Shown: positions 28,711 through 38,735 of the stretch, one piece after another
How the letters are laid out: each line of letters begins with the position of its first letter
Numbering within the stretch: position 1 is the first letter of the stretch
Assembly (NCBI GenBank): GCA_049517335.1
Contig: JBEKSD010000014.1
Location: forward strand, 1 to 39,921
Length of the DNA: 39,921 bases
Direction of reading: 5' to 3'
Source: Candidatus Omnitrophota bacterium
GTDB taxonomy: Bacteria > Omnitrophota > Gorgyraeia > Gygaellales > Profunditerraquicolaceae
Notes under the pieces: model-generated
What the model was told of the DNA's origin: nothing
The model's database searches: none
What the model saw: only the letters and a program-made list of their open reading frames with translations
Translations under genes and position numbers: made by a program

Positions 28711-29982
28711 ATGCAGGTTAAGCCGGCAGTAAGAATCCTTGCAATAGTTATCCTTTTCTTCGCCCCCGCTATCTTCATCCTGCATTTATGCACACATCCT
28801 TTATTATTACTTTTTCTATTTTACTCCTTCAATATCACGGTATTATTCCTTGTTTTTAACAAAAAATATAATGAAAAATTCTCGCTGCGTTACAAGATTG
28901 ACAAGCTCAAGGAGCGCATTAATGTATTGAACGAAGAGATGAAGAAGCACAGTAAAAATAATTCTGCCTGGCTTTTGAAAAAAGAGCGCTACAATAGATT
29001 TAAGAAAATCATCGAGAATATTAATCAGGACCTGAATCTGGATTCCGTTTGCGAAGAGCTGGTTACCATGGCGTTTTCCCTTATTGCGAATAATAAGGGG
29101 GTCTGCCTGCTTTATCTTGTTGACCCCCAGACTCAGAAATTATACCTCTTTAAGAGTAGGAAAGAAGACGAGAAACTAATAATTAAGGCTAAAGGCGGGG
29201 ATATATTTGATATATGGGTTATGCGTCATTCAACGCCTTTGCACATTGAGGATATAAAGAATGATTTCCGTTTTGACATAGATAAACTTATTTTACAGGA
29301 TAAGCGGCCGGTTTCTTCGCTGGTAAGCTCTCCCTTTATTACCAGCCACGGTTTTTTGGGTACTTTAAGATTAGACAGCCCTCTGACTAATGCATTTTCG
29401 CAGGATGACTTAAGGTTCTTAATGACTATCTGTGATTTAGGCGCGGTTGCCATTGAAAGCTCTGAATTATTCCAAAAGATGCAGGATTTAGCCATTCATG
29501 ACAGCCTTACTTCTTTGTATACAAAAGGTTATTTCCTTAATCAGTTGAAGGAAGAATTCCGTCATACGCTGCGACATAAAACGTCCCTTTCTTTATTTAT
29601 GATTGACATAGATTTTTTTAAAATCTATAATGATAAATTTGGGCATACTGCGGGAGATGCTGTCTTAAAATTGTTAAGCCACAATATGGAGCAGTTTTTG
29701 AAGGATTACAATCCTGTAATCAGCCGTTTCGGGGGAGAAGAATTTTGCGTGATACTGCCCGACATGGATAAGGCCAGCGGATTTAAGATTGCGGATAAAT
29801 TTTGCAGGTATATAGAAAAACAAAAGATCCATTTACGCAGGCAGGAAGCGAGCATAACGGTATCCATCGGGGTTGCCGGTTTTCCCGTGGATGCGGCGGC
29901 AGAGGATGAGCTTGTTGCCAAAGCCGATAAAGCAATGTATGAAGCCAAGCAAAGAGGAAGAAATCAAGTATGTTGTGTATAA
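28711..29982 (+). CDS. Membrane-anchored GAF-GGDEF diguanylate cyclase
   Basis: Two N-terminal TM helices, coiled coil, GAF, HDSLT, DIDFFKIYNDKFGH, RFGGEEF. Confidence 0.92.
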   Translation: MQVKPAVRILAIVILFFAPAIFILHLCTHPLLLLFLFYSFNITVLFLVFNKKYNEKFSLRYKIDKLKERINVLNEEMKKHSKNNSAWLLKKERYNRFKKIIENINQDLNLDSVCEELVTMAFSLIANNKGVCLLYLVDPQTQKLYLFKSRKEDEKLIIKAKGGDIFDIWVMRHSTPLHIEDIKNDFRFDIDKLILQDKRPVSSLVSSPFITSHGFLGTLRLDSPLTNAFSQDDLRFLMTICDLGAVAIESSELFQKMQDLAIHDSLTSLYTKGYFLNQLKEEFRHTLRHKTSLSLFMIDIDFFKIYNDKFGHTAGDAVLKLLSHNMEQFLKDYNPVISRFGGEEFCVILPDMDKASGFKIADKFCRYIEKQKIHLRRQEASITVSIGVAGFPVDAAAEDELVAKADKAMYEAKQRGRNQVCCV

Positions 29983-30949
29983 TCTTATTAATTATAATAA
30001 GTTTCTTTATAACCTTTACGCTAAATAAGCTCTTTTACGGCCTCTCATTAAAGGAGAAAAGCAGTCTTTCAAAGCTAAATGCCTCTTTTGAGAAATTGTT
30101 GAAGGACAATGAAGAGTTAAAAACCCAGAATGAATACCTCGAAAAATCAGTCCAGGAAACCATCGCGCTTTACGACATTACCAAGGATATTTGTAAAACT
30201 CTAGACGAGAAGGAAATGTTTAACATATTACAAGAGAGGATGAGTAAATATATTAAGGTTGATGCCTGTAAATTCATAAAATCCGAAGAAGAGTTGGAAA
30301 ACTACAGCCACGATACGGCTTTGGAGCTCAAGATAGATAAAATCAGGATAGGTTATCTTGCGGCTAAAAACGTAAGAGAGGAAGATAGTGAGAAATTCAT
30401 ATTCTCGCCCAGCAGTTCCTCGTAGGGATAAAAAGAAGCCTTTTATACCAAAGGGTACAGGAACTGGCTATTACAGACGGCCTTACGCAGATTTTTAGTC
30501 GCAGATATTTTATGGACAGATTTGAGGAGGAGTTAAAACGCTCTAAAAGGTTCAAGCTTGAATTGTCTTTCCTGATGATAGATATAGACCGTTTTAAAGA
30601 ATATAACGACCGTTACGGCCACCTTGTGGGAGATGCTATCCTGCGGGAAGTTTCCCGGTCAATTAAAGACAATATCCGACAGGTAGATTTCATGGGTCGT
30701 TACGGCGGAGAAGAATTGTCAATTGTCCTGACTGATACCGATAAAGAACAGGCACGGATTGCCGCTGAAAGAATACGTGCGGCGGTAGATTCCGAATCAA
30801 TCCATGTTTATGACGAAAATTTACGGGCAACCGTAAGCATAGGCATTTCTTCTTTTCCTGATGATGCTTTAGAAGTAAAAAGCATTATTGATAAAGCGGA
30901 CAAAGCATTATATTCAGCTAAACAACAGGGCAGGAACAGAGTATGTTAA
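29970..30949 (+). pseudogene. Second membrane-anchored GGDEF protein split by a 1-nt frameshift (pseudogene or sequencing error)
   Basis: ORFs 29970-30425 and 30512-30949 join by a -1 shift near 30396-30398, giving ...EDSEKF|HILAQQFLVGIKRSLLYQRVQELAITDGLT..., then DIDRFKEYND and RQVD..RYGGEEL. Confidence 0.85.
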
Positions 30950-30965
30950 TAGAGGTAATACCCCC

Positions 30966-31005
30966 AAAAAGGGGTCAGAGTCTTTGAGCTCTGACCCCTT
31001 TTTTT
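30966..31005. terminator. Strong, potentially bidirectional intrinsic terminator / REP-like palindrome
   Basis: Perfect 15-bp stem AAAAAGGGGTCAGAG / CTCTGACCCCTTTTT with an 8-nt loop and T-tract. Confidence 0.85.
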
Positions 31006-31006
31006 C

Positions 31007-31035
31007 TTGCATTTATATTTGAATTAAGATAGAAT
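31007..31035 (+). promoter_or_regulatory. Sigma70-type promoter for the ROK-lptD operon
   Basis: TTGCAT (31007-31012), 17 bp spacer, TAGAAT (31030-31035). Confidence 0.65.
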
Positions 31036-31047
31036 ACACCTCAATAT

Positions 31048-31977
31048 ATGAGCACTAAATTTATAATAGGCATAGACTTAGGCGGCACTAACCTAAAAAT
31101 CGCCCTTCTTGGCAAAAACTGCAAAATAATAAGTAAAACGATTTTAAACACTAAAAAGTTTGCCGGAAAAGAAGGATTGATTTCGGCGATTATTTCCGCG
31201 GTAGAGCGGCTCATTAGCGATAAAAATTTAAAGAAAAACCAAATTCTCGGGCTCGGTCTTGGCGTTCCGGGGCCAACGGACCATCAAAAAGGGATTGTGC
31301 ATTTTTTACCCAATATTCCCGGATGGCGGGAGGTTAGGCTTAAGAAAATACTGGAAAAGCGGTTAAAAATCCCTGTTTTTGTTGATAACGATGCTAAACT
31401 GATGGCTTTAGCGGAATATAAATCCGGAAATGCACACAAGTATAAAAATGTATTGTGCCTGACTTTAGGCACTGGTGTGGGAGGCGGAATAATTATAGGC
31501 TCTAAGCTTTACCGGGGCGAGGATAATACAGCCGGCGAAATCGGGCACCTTCTCGTTAATGAAAAAGGGCCGCGTTGTAACTGTGGTAAAACAGCCTGCC
31601 TTGAAGCGTATATTGGCAACCGTAGAATTATAAATAATGCGAGAAAGATATTCAAAAAAGAAATCTCCCTTGAAGAATTAAGCATATTAGCTGCAAAGGG
31701 GAATAAAACTGCATCTGGAATCTGGTCTTCTGCGGCTGCTCACCTTGGAACTGCCCTTTCCGGCTTGGTCACGGTTTTAAATCTTGATGCCGTTGTTATC
31801 GGCGGTGGATTAGCCGGTGTAGGAAAGATTTTATTTGACGTGGTAAAAGATACAATACACAGAAGGGCGATGAGCGTGCAGGCTCACAGGGTAAGGATTT
31901 TGAAAGCTAAATTGGGTAATGATGCCGGAATAATCGGCGCAGCTATTCTCGTTAAGGATGAAACAGGATATATTTAA
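31048..31977 (+). CDS. ROK-family sugar kinase (glucokinase-like)
   Basis: GIDLGGT, DNDA, TLGTGVGGG, GEIGH, CNCG...CLE zinc motif; no HTH domain. Confidence 0.92.
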   Translation: MSTKFIIGIDLGGTNLKIALLGKNCKIISKTILNTKKFAGKEGLISAIISAVERLISDKNLKKNQILGLGLGVPGPTDHQKGIVHFLPNIPGWREVRLKKILEKRLKIPVFVDNDAKLMALAEYKSGNAHKYKNVLCLTLGTGVGGGIIIGSKLYRGEDNTAGEIGHLLVNEKGPRCNCGKTACLEAYIGNRRIINNARKIFKKEISLEELSILAAKGNKTASGIWSSAAAHLGTALSGLVTVLNLDAVVIGGGLAGVGKILFDVVKDTIHRRAMSVQAHRVRILKAKLGNDAGIIGAAILVKDETGYI

Positions 31978-34147
31978 ACCCGCGGCAAAGATTATTCTTT
32001 TTGTGGCAGTCCTGTTTAGTGGCCCACTTTATGCGAAGGAAACCGGGGTTAAAAACAGCAGTTCCCCTTTAACCATTAACGCCGATAATGTAGAGTACGG
32101 CACGGATACCAAAAACGTGACTGCTACAGGTAATGTGGAAGTTCTTTATCAAGGAACCAAACTGACCTGTCGGAAATTAACGGTCAATACTGAAAACAAA
32201 GAAGGCTTTGCCGAAGGTAATGTCCGCCTTGAAAGCGATTCCGGAGTTATTGAAGGGGAAGGTCTGCATTATAACTTTCAGGGCAGTAACGGTTTTTTAA
32301 AGAACGCCGTTTTTAGGGCATACCCTTATTTCGGCAAGGCGCGAAATATTGAAAAGGTAAATGAATCCCAGTTTATCGCATTTGGGGGCTATACCACAAC
32401 GTGCAGTTTTGACCACCCCCACTACCGCATTAAGTCTAAGCGGATAGACGTGTTTCCCGGAAACAAAGTCCAGACTAAATCAGATACATTTTTATTCGGC
32501 GATGTGCCTGTCGCCTCCATTCCTTATTTTAATCAGAGTTTTCAAGACCCGCTTATGCACGTGCAGGTGTCTCCCGGTCATAATAAGAATTGGGGTTATT
32601 ACATGCTTTCCGCATGGAGAGTAAATTTGGCGGAAAATGTGACTGGTCAAATTTATTTTGATGCACGTTCCAAGCTTGGTCTTGCCGAAGGTTTCGGAAC
32701 CAATTATTCAAACACTTATTTTGGTAAAGGTAGCTTCAAGTTTTATTACACTAAAGAATCCGCTACCAATGTCCCAGCAGGCACGACAGACACTGAATTC
32801 CAGAGATATTTAGTACGTTGGCGCCATAAATGGGATATCGATAATAATACCAACTTAGTAGCGGAATATTATGATATTAAAGACGAAAAGCGCGTAGAGT
32901 TAGGTTCAGATTATAGTTTTTTAAAAGATTACTTCTCCCGTGAGTTTGAAAAAGATGCCCAGCCGCCTAGTTATGTCCAGGTACACCATGCTTTTCATTA
33001 TGCAAGCCTTGATTTCCTGATGCAGCAGAAAACCAACAGCTGGTATGATCCGGGTTATCTTGAAAGACTACCGGAATTAAAATTCAGCATGCCATCTTAT
33101 AAAATCGGTGATACCCCGTTTTATTTTGAAAATGAATCTACCGGCGGAACATATAACCTGGTAAACTCAAGCAGTACGCCCGGCACAACAAGTACTCCTA
33201 ATGTGCATGTTAACCGCATGGATACAACTAATAAATTTTCTATACCGGAGAAAATAGCATTCATTCAATTGGCGCCTTTTGTTTCAAGCAGGCAGACTTT
33301 TTACAGTGAAGGCCTGAATGGTAGCTCTATTTCACCGCGGACTATTTTTTCTTCCGGTACTAGTATGAGTACGAAATTCTTCCGTATTTTTGATGTAAAG
33401 AATAATTTTCTTGGCATGGATATTAATGGCTTAAGGCATGTAATAACGCCATCTATTGATTATAATTATAGTCATACTCCTACAGTGTTACAGACTAGTT
33501 TAAAACAGATAGATGATGTAGATGCAATTCTTACCAGCAGTAATACCACAGCGTTTACTTTATCTAATAAGTTACAGACTAAACGTAATGGAGCAAGCGT
33601 AGACTTTGTCGATTTCTTAGTAAGTAGTTCCTATAGTTATAAACCTAAGGGCCAAGGGGAGGGTAAATTTTCAGATTACCTCTGTAGGCTTATTTTTATA
33701 CCTTACTCTTGGGTAAGAATTGACGCCGATACGACTTATAACCATTCGGGGTTGAGTTGGCAGAATCCTAATTATAATTCTTTTTCTAATTTTGATCTGG
33801 ATGCCAATTTTACTTTAGGGAATGGACGTTCATTTGGGTTCGGGCAAAATTATTTAAGAAAAGGTGGAAACAGTTTGGTGTATAATTTTAATTGGCGCCT
33901 AAACCCTAAGTGGTCTTTTTCTCTTTATGAGAGGTTGGAGAACGGAAGTGATCCAACTCTAGAAAAAGGGCTGGTTGAAGAAGAGTACACTGTTACACGC
34001 AATTTACATTGTTGGGATGTAAGTCTTACTTATAATAAAAGTAGCGGGCAGGGAGCTAGTGTTTTTCTTCTTTTTCGTTTAAAGGCCTTTCCTGAACTTA
34101 ATTTCAACATGAACCAGTCATACCATAAACCGACTACGTCAGCATGA
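31958..34147 (+). CDS. lptD: LPS-assembly outer-membrane protein LptD
   Basis: Signal peptide, OstA/LptA jellyroll (INADNVEY, ATGNVEV, AEGNVRL), YTTC, LERLPEL, LRHVITPSIDYNY, C-terminal RNLHCW; aromatic-rich beta strands. Confidence 0.85.
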   Translation: MKQDIFKPAAKIILFVAVLFSGPLYAKETGVKNSSSPLTINADNVEYGTDTKNVTATGNVEVLYQGTKLTCRKLTVNTENKEGFAEGNVRLESDSGVIEGEGLHYNFQGSNGFLKNAVFRAYPYFGKARNIEKVNESQFIAFGGYTTTCSFDHPHYRIKSKRIDVFPGNKVQTKSDTFLFGDVPVASIPYFNQSFQDPLMHVQVSPGHNKNWGYYMLSAWRVNLAENVTGQIYFDARSKLGLAEGFGTNYSNTYFGKGSFKFYYTKESATNVPAGTTDTEFQRYLVRWRHKWDIDNNTNLVAEYYDIKDEKRVELGSDYSFLKDYFSREFEKDAQPPSYVQVHHAFHYASLDFLMQQKTNSWYDPGYLERLPELKFSMPSYKIGDTPFYFENESTGGTYNLVNSSSTPGTTSTPNVHVNRMDTTNKFSIPEKIAFIQLAPFVSSRQTFYSEGLNGSSISPRTIFSSGTSMSTKFFRIFDVKNNFLGMDINGLRHVITPSIDYNYSHTPTVLQTSLKQIDDVDAILTSSNTTAFTLSNKLQTKRNGASVDFVDFLVSSSYSYKPKGQGEGKFSDYLCRLIFIPYSWVRIDADTTYNHSGLSWQNPNYNSFSNFDLDANFTLGNGRSFGFGQNYLRKGGNSLVYNFNWRLNPKWSFSLYERLENGSDPTLEKGLVEEEYTVTRNLHCWDVSLTYNKSSGQGASVFLLFRLKAFPELNFNMNQSYHKPTTSA

Positions 34148-34178
34148 TGAGAACAATAATTCTGGGGATACTTAAAAT

Positions 34179-35474
34179 ATGAACATTTCAATCATCGGCT
34201 CAGGTTACGTAGGGTTGGTTACCGGGTCCTGTCTTGCCCAGCTGGGCAATAATGTCATTTGCGCGGATAATGACGCCAAAAAGATAGCTGCTTTAAAAAA
34301 AGGCATCGTCCCTATTTTTGAGCCGGGTTTAAAAGAGTTAATTAAGCGCAACACCAACGCCGATAGGCTCAAATTTACCTCAAAGATTAGGGACGCAGTA
34401 AGAAAGTCGGAAATTATTTTTATTACCGTGGGTACTCCTTCTCAGGGTAACGGAGAAGCGGATTTAAGGGGTGTAGACAATGTTGCGCGTAATATTGCTC
34501 TTAATATGGACGGCTACCGTCTTATTGTTGAAAAATCTACTGTCCCGGTTGAAACGGGCTCGTGGGTCAAGTGTACTATTTTGACATACGTTAAAAAAAA
34601 TATAAAATTTGACGTTGCCTCAAACCCGGAGTTCTTAAGAGAGGGCTCGGCCATTGAAGATTTTATGCATCCGGATAGGATTGTTTTAGGGGTAGAATCA
34701 AAGAAGGCGCAAAAATTACTTACCAGTTTATACAAGCCGTTAAACGCGCCTTTCGTCATTACCGATATAAAATCCGCTGAATTGATTAAGCACGCTTCAA
34801 ATTCTTTCCTTGCCGTAAAGATTTCTTTTATTAATGCCGTCTCGCGTATATGCGATAAAGTCGGGGCAGATGTGGTGGAAGTAGCCAGAGGCATGGGTTT
34901 GGATAAAAGAATCGGCGGGACATTCTTAAATGCAGGCATCGGGTATGGGGGGTCATGTTTTCCTAAAGATTTGGACGCTTTTCTGGACATTTCGCAAAAG
35001 TTAGGCTATAATTTTGAGTTGTTAAAATCGATAAAGCATATTAATGAAGGCCAGAAGAAAGTATTTTTGCAAAAAATAAAAGATTCCTTATGGATTATCA
35101 AGGATAAGACTATCGCGGTATTGGGGCTTTCTTTTAAGCCGGATACCGATGATATTCGCAGTGCTCCCTCCTTGGATATTATTATAGCCCTTAAAGAAGA
35201 AGGGGCTAAATTAAGAGTTTTTGACCCTGTTGCCATGGGTAATGCAAAGAGTATTCTGGTGGCGGGGGTAAAATTCTGCAAAGATCCATATGATGCCTGC
35301 CGGGCTTCGGATTGCCTTTTAATAATTACCGAATGGCCTGAATTTAAAGAGCTGGATTTTAAAAGAATAAAAAAACTGATGAACAGGCCGCTGGTTATTG
35401 ACGGCCGCAACATTTACGACCCTGTTTCTATGAAGAAGTCGGGTTTTATTTATCTGGGAATGGGAAGAAAATAG
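34179..35474 (+). CDS. ugd: UDP-glucose 6-dehydrogenase
   Basis: GSGYVG, EKSTVP, SNPEFLREG, GYGGSCFPKD, FKPDTDDIR, DGRN. Confidence 0.93.
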   Translation: MNISIIGSGYVGLVTGSCLAQLGNNVICADNDAKKIAALKKGIVPIFEPGLKELIKRNTNADRLKFTSKIRDAVRKSEIIFITVGTPSQGNGEADLRGVDNVARNIALNMDGYRLIVEKSTVPVETGSWVKCTILTYVKKNIKFDVASNPEFLREGSAIEDFMHPDRIVLGVESKKAQKLLTSLYKPLNAPFVITDIKSAELIKHASNSFLAVKISFINAVSRICDKVGADVVEVARGMGLDKRIGGTFLNAGIGYGGSCFPKDLDAFLDISQKLGYNFELLKSIKHINEGQKKVFLQKIKDSLWIIKDKTIAVLGLSFKPDTDDIRSAPSLDIIIALKEEGAKLRVFDPVAMGNAKSILVAGVKFCKDPYDACRASDCLLIITEWPEFKELDFKRIKKLMNRPLVIDGRNIYDPVSMKKSGFIYLGMGRK

Positions 35475-35475
35475 A

Positions 35476-36786
35476 GTGGATAGCTTATTCCGAAAAATTG
35501 AGCAAAAATTAGAAAAAAAGAAATTCAGTATTGCCATTGTAGGACTTGGTTACGTAGGCCTACCTTTAGCGATTGAATTTGCAAAAAAAAGAATTAAGGT
35601 TACCGGTATTGAAATTGATAAAGGCCGGCTTAAGCATATCCGCAAAAAAGAATCTTATATTACCGATGTTTCTTCAGAAGAGTTAGGCAGAGTTTTAAAT
35701 TCCGGTTATTTTTCAGCCTGCGCTGATTTTAAGATTTTAAAAGAAACGGATGTAATTATTATCTGCGTGCCTACGCCGTTAAAAGGAAAATATTACCCGG
35801 ATATTTCTTATATTCGCGATGCGGTTATCTCTATCTCTAAATATATCAGAAAAGGGAGCCTTGTGATTTTAGAAAGTACGACTTACCCGGGCACTACGGA
35901 AGAAATTATTCTACCCTTACTTGAAAGTGACGGGAAGAAACATGGAAAGGATTTTTATTTATGTTTTTCTCCCGAAAGAATAGACCCGGGGAACAGGCGG
36001 TATCCGCTTTATAAGATTCCCAAGATCGTTGGAGGTTTAAGCAGGGAAGCCGCGGAACTGGCGGTTTTAGTTTATAAAAAGATAATCAATAAGGTTGTCG
36101 TTGTTTCATCAGCAAGGGCCGCAGAATTGACCAAGTTACTTGAAAATACATTCCGCTTAGTTAACATCGGAATGATTGATGAACTAGCGATGATGGCGCA
36201 CAAGATGAATATAGACATCTGGGAAGTAATCCAAGCGGCTTCAACCAAGCCGTTTGGTTTTATGCCTTTTTATCCAGGGCCCGGGGTAGGCGGGCATTGT
36301 ATCCCTAAAGATCCACTTTATCTTTACTGGAAAGCAAAACATTTTGGTTTTAAATCCTGTTTTATAAAACTGGCTTCTGAAATCATTTCGTATATGCCCG
36401 AATATGTTATAGAACGGGTTAAGAAAACGCTGGAAGAAAGGAAGATTAGATTTAAAAATGCAAAAATTCTGGTAATCGGATTAACTTATAAAAAAAATAT
36501 CAAGGACTTGAGAAAGTCCCCAAGCCTTGATATAATAAATGCCTTAAAAAAGCGAAAGATCAACGTCCATTATTACGATCCCCTGATACCGTACCTTGAC
36601 TTCGAGCATTTAAAGCTTAAATCCATAGACTTAAAACACGGCGTATTATCAAGATTTGATTGCGTCATAATTGCCACGGCTCACTCCTGCCTTGATTATG
36701 AATTTATCCTGAAAAATTCTTCTCTTATATTTGATACGTCTAATGTTTATGGACATATAAAAGTGAGAAAGGTAGTTTTGTTATGA
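35476..36786 (+). CDS. UDP-N-acetylhexosamine 6-dehydrogenase (WbpA/WbpO/WecC family)
   Basis: GLGYVGLP, ESTTYPGTT, FSPERIDPG, ENTFRLVNI, GPGVGGHCIPKDP. Confidence 0.9.
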   Translation: MDSLFRKIEQKLEKKKFSIAIVGLGYVGLPLAIEFAKKRIKVTGIEIDKGRLKHIRKKESYITDVSSEELGRVLNSGYFSACADFKILKETDVIIICVPTPLKGKYYPDISYIRDAVISISKYIRKGSLVILESTTYPGTTEEIILPLLESDGKKHGKDFYLCFSPERIDPGNRRYPLYKIPKIVGGLSREAAELAVLVYKKIINKVVVVSSARAAELTKLLENTFRLVNIGMIDELAMMAHKMNIDIWEVIQAASTKPFGFMPFYPGPGVGGHCIPKDPLYLYWKAKHFGFKSCFIKLASEIISYMPEYVIERVKKTLEERKIRFKNAKILVIGLTYKKNIKDLRKSPSLDIINALKKRKINVHYYDPLIPYLDFEHLKLKSIDLKHGVLSRFDCVIIATAHSCLDYEFILKNSSLIFDTSNVYGHIKVRKVVLL

Positions 36787-37718
36787 GTAAATTCCTTGTG
36801 ACTGGCGGTGCAGGTTTCATTGGTTCACATATCGTGCATAGATTAGTCAGGGATAACCATGAAGTGAGGGTCCTGGATAATTTTTCAAGCGGTAAAATGT
36901 TCAACCTTGAAGGTACCCTTGATAAGATTGAGCTAATTAAAGGCGATATCTGCTCATTTGATAACTGCGATAAGGCGACAGAGGGAGTAGATTTTGTTTT
37001 GCATCAGGCGGCTTTACGGAGCGTGCCTAAGTCTATGGACGACCCTACTATTTACAACGAAGTTAATATTTCCGGCACGCTTAATATGCTTGAAGCCTGC
37101 CGAAAGAACGGGGTAAAACGTTTTGTTTTTGCGTCAAGTAGCTCGGTTTACGGCGAAGTAAAAAAATTCCCGGAAAAAGAAAGTTTCTTCCCCCAGCCGA
37201 TTTCACCTTACGCTTTAACCAAATTAACGGGAGAGTATTACTGCAATATTTTTGCCCTTTATTATGGGGTGGAAACCGTAAGTTTACGTTATTTTAATGT
37301 TTTCGGGCCCCGGCAGGCTTTGGATGATGAATACGCTGTAGTTATCCCGAAGTTCATTCACTGCATGCTACACGATGAGCCCGTCCCTGTTTACGGAAAC
37401 GGAAGACAGTCGCGCGATTTTACTTTTGTGGATAATGTTGTAAATGCCAACATTCTGGCGGCAAGCGTCAAAGTTTCAGGAGGAAAGATTTTTAATATAG
37501 CTTCGGGAAAAGATTACACCATTCTTAATTTAACCGAAATCCTGAATAAAATATTAAAGAAAAACATTGCTCTCGAATTCCTTGATAAGAGGAAAGGCGA
37601 CGTTTTCAGGACCTTGGCGGATATTTCAAATGCGAAAAGTTACCTCGGGTTTAAACCCCGGGTAAATTTTGTTCAAGGTTTGGAAAAGACCGTTGAATAT
37701 TTTAAGCAAAATGCGTAA
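36783..37718 (+). CDS. NAD-dependent nucleotide-sugar 4-epimerase (WbpP/TviC-like SDR)
   Basis: [41 protein letters not shown]. Confidence 0.88.
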   Translation: MSKFLVTGGAGFIGSHIVHRLVRDNHEVRVLDNFSSGKMFNLEGTLDKIELIKGDICSFDNCDKATEGVDFVLHQAALRSVPKSMDDPTIYNEVNISGTLNMLEACRKNGVKRFVFASSSSVYGEVKKFPEKESFFPQPISPYALTKLTGEYYCNIFALYYGVETVSLRYFNVFGPRQALDDEYAVVIPKFIHCMLHDEPVPVYGNGRQSRDFTFVDNVVNANILAASVKVSGGKIFNIASGKDYTILNLTEILNKILKKNIALEFLDKRKGDVFRTLADISNAKSYLGFKPRVNFVQGLEKTVEYFKQNA

Positions 37719-38664
37719 AAAAATAGTAGTGATAACGGGCGGAGCTGGCTTTATCGGCTCGCATTTGTGCGACCGTCTGATTAATGAAGGTTTTAGGGTT
37801 ATCTGCCTTGATAATCTTATCACCGGTAGCCTTGACAACATTAGCCATTTGGCGAAGAATAAAAATTTTAAATTCATTAAGCACGACGTTTCCAACTATA
37901 TCAGCATTCGGGGAAAAGTTAACTTTGTTCTGCATTTTGCCTCGTGCGCTTCTCCGGAAGATTATCTTATGTACCCGATACCTACGTTAAAAGCTGGCTC
38001 ATTGGGGACCCATAACGCATTGGGTCTTGCCAAGAATAAGAAAGCAAAGTTTATACTTGCTTCAACTTCCGAGGTTTACGGCGATCCGCTTATGCATCCT
38101 CAAGCGGAAACTTACTGGGGCCATGTGAATCCGATAGGCGTGCGCGGATGTTATGATGAAACCAAGCGTTTTGCCGAAGCAATAGCCATGGCCTATTACC
38201 GTTTCCACAAACTGGATACCCGGATAATCCGGATTTTTAATACTTACGGAGAGCGAATGAGAATAAACGACGGAAGAGTCGTGCCTAATTTTATTTATCA
38301 GGCGTTAAACGGAAAACCCCTTACGGTGTACGGAAAGGGTAGGCAAACAAGAAGTTTTTGCTATATTGTGGATTTAATTGAAGGGATAAGCAGGCTTTTA
38401 CGCGTAAAAGAAAATTATCCTGTTAATCTGGGTAACCCCGATGAGTTTACCATTTTAGAATTAGCCAATCTTGTTATTAAGTTAACCGGCGGAAAAAACA
38501 GCATTATTTATAAGGAACTTCCTCAAGATGACCCCCGTCAGCGTTGCCCGGATATTTCAAAAGCCAAAAAACTCCTTAAGTGGCAGCCCAAAGTCAGCTT
38601 GGAGACAGGCCTTAAGAAAACTATTGGCTGGTTCAACATAACTAAAAGCTCCTCAAATAGTTAG
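37711..38664 (+). CDS. UDP-glucuronate decarboxylase (UDP-xylose synthase)
   Basis: Start at ATG 37711. Motifs [57 protein letters not shown]. Confidence 0.9.
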   Translation: MRKKIVVITGGAGFIGSHLCDRLINEGFRVICLDNLITGSLDNISHLAKNKNFKFIKHDVSNYISIRGKVNFVLHFASCASPEDYLMYPIPTLKAGSLGTHNALGLAKNKKAKFILASTSEVYGDPLMHPQAETYWGHVNPIGVRGCYDETKRFAEAIAMAYYRFHKLDTRIIRIFNTYGERMRINDGRVVPNFIYQALNGKPLTVYGKGRQTRSFCYIVDLIEGISRLLRVKENYPVNLGNPDEFTILELANLVIKLTGGKNSIIYKELPQDDPRQRCPDISKAKKLLKWQPKVSLETGLKKTIGWFNITKSSSNS

Positions 38665-38676
38665 AAAGCGCTTTCC

Positions 38677-38705
38677 TTGACAACTGCTTACCTATATGTT
38701 ATACT
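38677..38705 (+). promoter_or_regulatory. Sigma70-type promoter
   Basis: TTGACA (38677-38682), 17 bp spacer, TATACT (38700-38705), extended -10 TG. Confidence 0.8.
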
Positions 38706-38735
38706 TTTAAAAATTTAAAACTAGAAAGGGCGGAT

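Noticed and set aside
30392-30398. Programmed -1 frameshift at G AAA TTC
   Set aside because: Not an X XXY YYZ heptamer and no obvious downstream stimulatory structure.
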